This document shows positions 60,526-64,000 of a DNA stretch of 64,000 bases, in pieces. The DNA is from Anthoceros angustus. Lineage: Eukaryota; Plantae; Anthocerotophyta. The number at the start of each line of letters is the position of its first letter. Positions within the stretch are counted from its first letter, which is position 1. The DNA lies in assembly GCA_010909165.1 (NCBI GenBank), contig VJWM01000314.1, positions 1 to 64,000 on the forward strand, given 5' to 3'. The notes beneath the pieces were generated by a model. The model saw only the letters and a list, made by a program, of their open reading frames with translations, was not told where the DNA came from and ran no database searches. A program made the translations under genes and the position numbers.

Positions 60526-61180
60526 CCTCTTGCCTTCCTAACAATATCCTACAACTCCGACTTCAAGATTCTCGAAAATTTTCTGCATCCTCTTCAATCG
60601 TTCTAGCCAAAAAAATCAAACTTGTTTGTCTTGGCTCTTTTGGGCTGGTTGCCCAAACTTTGCGTTCCACATACTCCCCACCTCACTGTTTGCGTCCTGC
60701 AAACAGTACTCGGGTTGAAGGTACTTCTTGACCTTCCACCCATTCACTACGGTCGGCAACATTCGCCACCTAATGCGGAGTTACGGATCCATTCTCGTAT
60801 CTGCTTCCACCTCGTAGGTCCCATCCATCTCCCTAAGCTTCCACAGGAAAGTCTAGGTACTATCATATAGAAGAACCAAATCCCGTCCACGATAGCCTGC
60901 TTCCTCAACCTTCCCATCATGCCGATCTTTTACGAGTTCACGAATCCATTTTCTCCTCTAAAGCATCTCCCTCTTCCTCTGCTCTATGAGATTCTAGTCT
61001 AGCTACGACTATCCTCTGATCATCGTTCATCCTCCATGATCTGTGGGTAGGTACTTCAAATTCCACGGGCATCACGGTGACATGCCATCGTTAGATAATA
61101 AGGGTCTTCTTGGTGGTTACCTTCTCCAGTCCTGTAAGCCCCACAATCTTGAATGCAACTTAGCATCCCAATCATACATG
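60526..61180 (-). pseudogene. pol: Integrase C-terminal fragment and spacer, near-identical to 62460-63118
   Basis: Homologous to 33460-34120; duplicated ORFs 60622-60870 and 62562-62810 are identical. Confidence 0.85.
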
Positions 61181-62165
61181 ATGGTGCCCCAATCGCTTGG
61201 CTCCCATGAAATCTTCCACAAAATTGGAGGAAGTTGGTCTTTGAAATAAAGTCGTTGGTAATTTACCAACCCCAGCACAATCTTTGCGAAGAGCCTCCAC
61301 TTGACTCCTTGATGCTCTCTCTTCCGACCATTCTTGGCGTGGGCCTTTTCCTCCTCCATCCATCATGTCGAGGAACTCTGCGGGATGTCGAGAGGGCCGT
61401 CCTCTTCCCTCCATTGACCTTTCGAGGAGAGCAATTCGAGCTCTCCTCCTCCTCTTCCTCTCACTTGTGAAGTCCAGAGGATCCGTTCGAGCATTCCTCG
61501 GTAGCGGCAGGCGCCGATTGATGGAGGTTGATGTAACACTCCTCAATCAATTCCAAATTGGTGTAGGCCCATTGGCGGCCATACACCCATCCAATTGGAT
61601 GTTCTCTCCTCCTCCTTGCGAAAATCACAAAATCTGGGGTTGCTGCCGCAAGTGAATTGGGGCATCACAAGCTCATCCTCTTCCTCCTCCTCCTCCTCCT
61701 CCTCTTCCTCCCTCGAGGGAGCCCTTGGCTCCTTCCCTTGCCTTTTCCCTCGAGGCATGGTGGCTCCTTCCCTTGCCTTTTCTTCTTTGGTCTTCTCCTC
61801 CTCCTCCTCCTCCTCCTCCTCCTCCTCCTCCTCCTCCTCCTCCTCCTCCTCCTCCTCCTCCTCCTCCTCCTCCTCCTCCTCCTCCTCCTCCTCCTCCTCC
61901 TCCTCCTCCTCCTCCTCCTCCTCCTCCTCCTCCTCCTCCTCCTCCTCCTCCTCCTCCTCCTCCTCCTCCTCCTCCTCCTCCTCCTCCTCCTCCTCCTCCT
62001 CCTCCTCCTCCTCCTCCTCCTCTTCCTCTCGGTGGCTCGTCGGCGATGGCGATGGCTTCTCCTCCTCCTCCTCCTCCTCCTCCTCCTCCTCTTCCTCAAT
62101 GCAAAGCAAGCGCACTTTGCCCTCTTGGATGTGCCACACGGCCCAACCCTAGATTGGTTCATCAT
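61180..62165 (-). pseudogene. Accessory ORF N-terminal part interrupted by an expanded GAG triplet run
   Basis: MMNQSRVG start, ELVMPQFTC, EFLDMMDGG and WEPSDWGTIMY. Confidence 0.7.
61795..62022. repeat. Perfect (CTC)76 microsatellite
   Basis: 228 bp uninterrupted run. Confidence 0.97.
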
Positions 62166-62649
62166 TCCAAAATCCTAATTCTATCTAAACTACCTATTTT
62201 CCTACTATCCCTAATTACTTTCTAATTACTCTATATATTTATTCCCTATTGGTGAGCATATATAGTGGATATCCCCCTATTCTAATTTCCTTTTTGGCGA
62301 GATTGTCACCTACCACGGTGATACGCGACTTACATGATGGTGCTTCCTTTTCTCGACCTACGGCGTGGTGTGGCGACCTACGGCGTGGTGGCGACCTACC
62401 AACCTTTGGGCCCTCACGCCCAAATGCGGTCGTTTTGACCCGTTCTTCTTCTGGGATATCCTCTTGCCTTCCTAACAATATCCTACAACTCCGACTTCAA
62501 GATTCTCGAGAAAAATTTCTGGCATGCTCCTCTTCAATCGTTCTAGCCAAAAAAATCAAACTTGTTTGTCTTGGCTCTTTTGGGCTGGTTGCCCAAACTT
62601 TGCGTTCCACATACTCCCCACCTCACTGTTTGCGTCCTGCAAACAGTAC

Positions 62650-63800
62650 TCGGGTTGAAGGTACTTCTTGACCTTCCACCCATTCACTACGGTCGGCAAC
62701 ATTCGCCACCTAATGCGGAGTTACGGATCCATTCTCGTATCTGCTTCCACCTCGTAGGTCCCATCCATCTCCCTAAGCTTCCACAGGAAAGTCTAGGTAC
62801 TATCATATAGAAGAACCAAATCCCGTCCACGATAGCCTGCTTCCTCAACCTTCCCATCATGCCGATCTTTTACGAGTTCACGAATCCATTTCTCCTCTAA
62901 AGCATCTCCCTCTTCCTCTGCTCTATGAGATTCTAGTCTAGCTACGACTATCCTCTGATCATCGTTCATCCTCCATGATCTGTGGTAGGTACTTCAAATT
63001 CCACGGGCATCACGGTGACATGCCATCGTTAGATAATAAGGGTCTTCTTGGTGGTTACCTTCTCCAGTCCTGTAAGCCCCACAATCTTGAATGCAACTTA
63101 GCATCCCAATCATACATGTGTGTTGATTACCTTGGTGAGGATTGTGCACCCGTTCGTCTTCTCCGTCAATCCTTGCCTTTGGGGTTGTAGGGGTCGTCTT
63201 CGATGCGAATGTTGAAGTAGGTGGTTAGGGACTCAGCGACGAGTTGAGGAAATGTGTCCCGTCATGACCAACTCTAAAGGACATCCGTACCTCGTTATGA
63301 TGTTCTCGAATAAAAACTTTGCCAGGTCGTCGTCCTTCCTTCGCTTGCTTCCACCATCTTCGTGCAATAATCCGTAGCCACCAAAATGTCTTCCTTGTCC
63401 ATTGCGTTGGTGGTTTGATTGGTCCTCTGAAATCGATTCCCCACTTCTCGAAGGTGCTAAGTAGATGTAGGTAAGAGGCCATTGTGTGATAGCGGCGCCC
63501 AACCCTCGACGCATCACACCTCGGTGAACTCCACACATCCCGTAGCCCACGAACCACGCATTCAAAATCTTCTTAACGGTCACTGCGAATAGTGTCCACC
63601 GCCTCTCGCATGTAGTGCCTCGTGTGGCCAGTCAGCCTCTTAACCGAGACACCTCCGGATCTTCGTCCGGCCCAAGCTTATACGCCTTCCCTTAGGCAAT
63701 AGGCGAGGCTTTATGGAGAAAAACGCCCCTCCTGGACCCCGGCATGATTCCATGCTCCGGAACTTGCGTACTTCATCAGCAGATATCTTGGGCATGAACG
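62650..63800 (-). pseudogene. pol: Integrase of a further copy
   Basis: TVKKILNAW, FEKWGIDFRGPIKPP, LAKFLFENIITRYGCPLELV, GTHFLN and TTPYNPK. Collinear with 33650-34860. Confidence 0.9.
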
Positions 63801-64000
63801 CCCCTCACGTTCTAATCTCCTCCTTCCGGGCATACTCGTCTCCTCTTCGTCCGTTAGTAGCCCGGTGGCGTGGATCCATCTTCAATCCCGCCTTCTGCTC
63901 CTCCTTCTCCTTCTCCTTCTCCTTCTCCTTCTCCTTCTCCTTCTCCTTCTCCTTCTTGGTCAATTGTGTCAACAAGGCTGCCTTCTTGCTCATTTGGCCT

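Noticed and set aside
53854-62225. Poly-Ser, Leu, Pro, Arg and (Ala-Met)n ORFs
   Set aside because: Translations of stop-free microsatellites.

Overview
Eukaryotic repeat-dense DNA, most likely from a plant or streptophyte (inferred from the element type). No intact host gene, RNA gene or CRISPR array is visible. Almost the whole window is made of degenerate non-chromovirus Ty3/gypsy LTR retrotransposons (Athila/Phygy-like). The main element is on the minus strand: LTR 44116-46601, tRNA-Asp-like PBS, gag with several CCHC knuckles, protease, RT, RNase H, integrase without chromodomain, a long 3' accessory ORF with a candidate internal promoter, PPT, then LTR 19776-20923. Its upstream LTR is itself preceded by a PPT and the 3' half of a second copy (46602-64000), giving a shared-LTR tandem. 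Bases 1-18000 hold older, diverged relatives: a pol fragment, an inverted pair of accessory-ORF regions, a plus-strand LTR-PBS-gag, and further relics. The best biological lead is an accessory ORF family seen in several deeply diverged versions. Major caveat: every reading frame is broken by 1-3 nt indels. From about 18000 onward the sequence is also a mosaic of re-copied segments joined at short microhomologies, with very long perfect microsatellites. This may be an assembly or synthetic-sequence artefact rather than biology. All alignments were done by eye, so relic boundaries are approximate.
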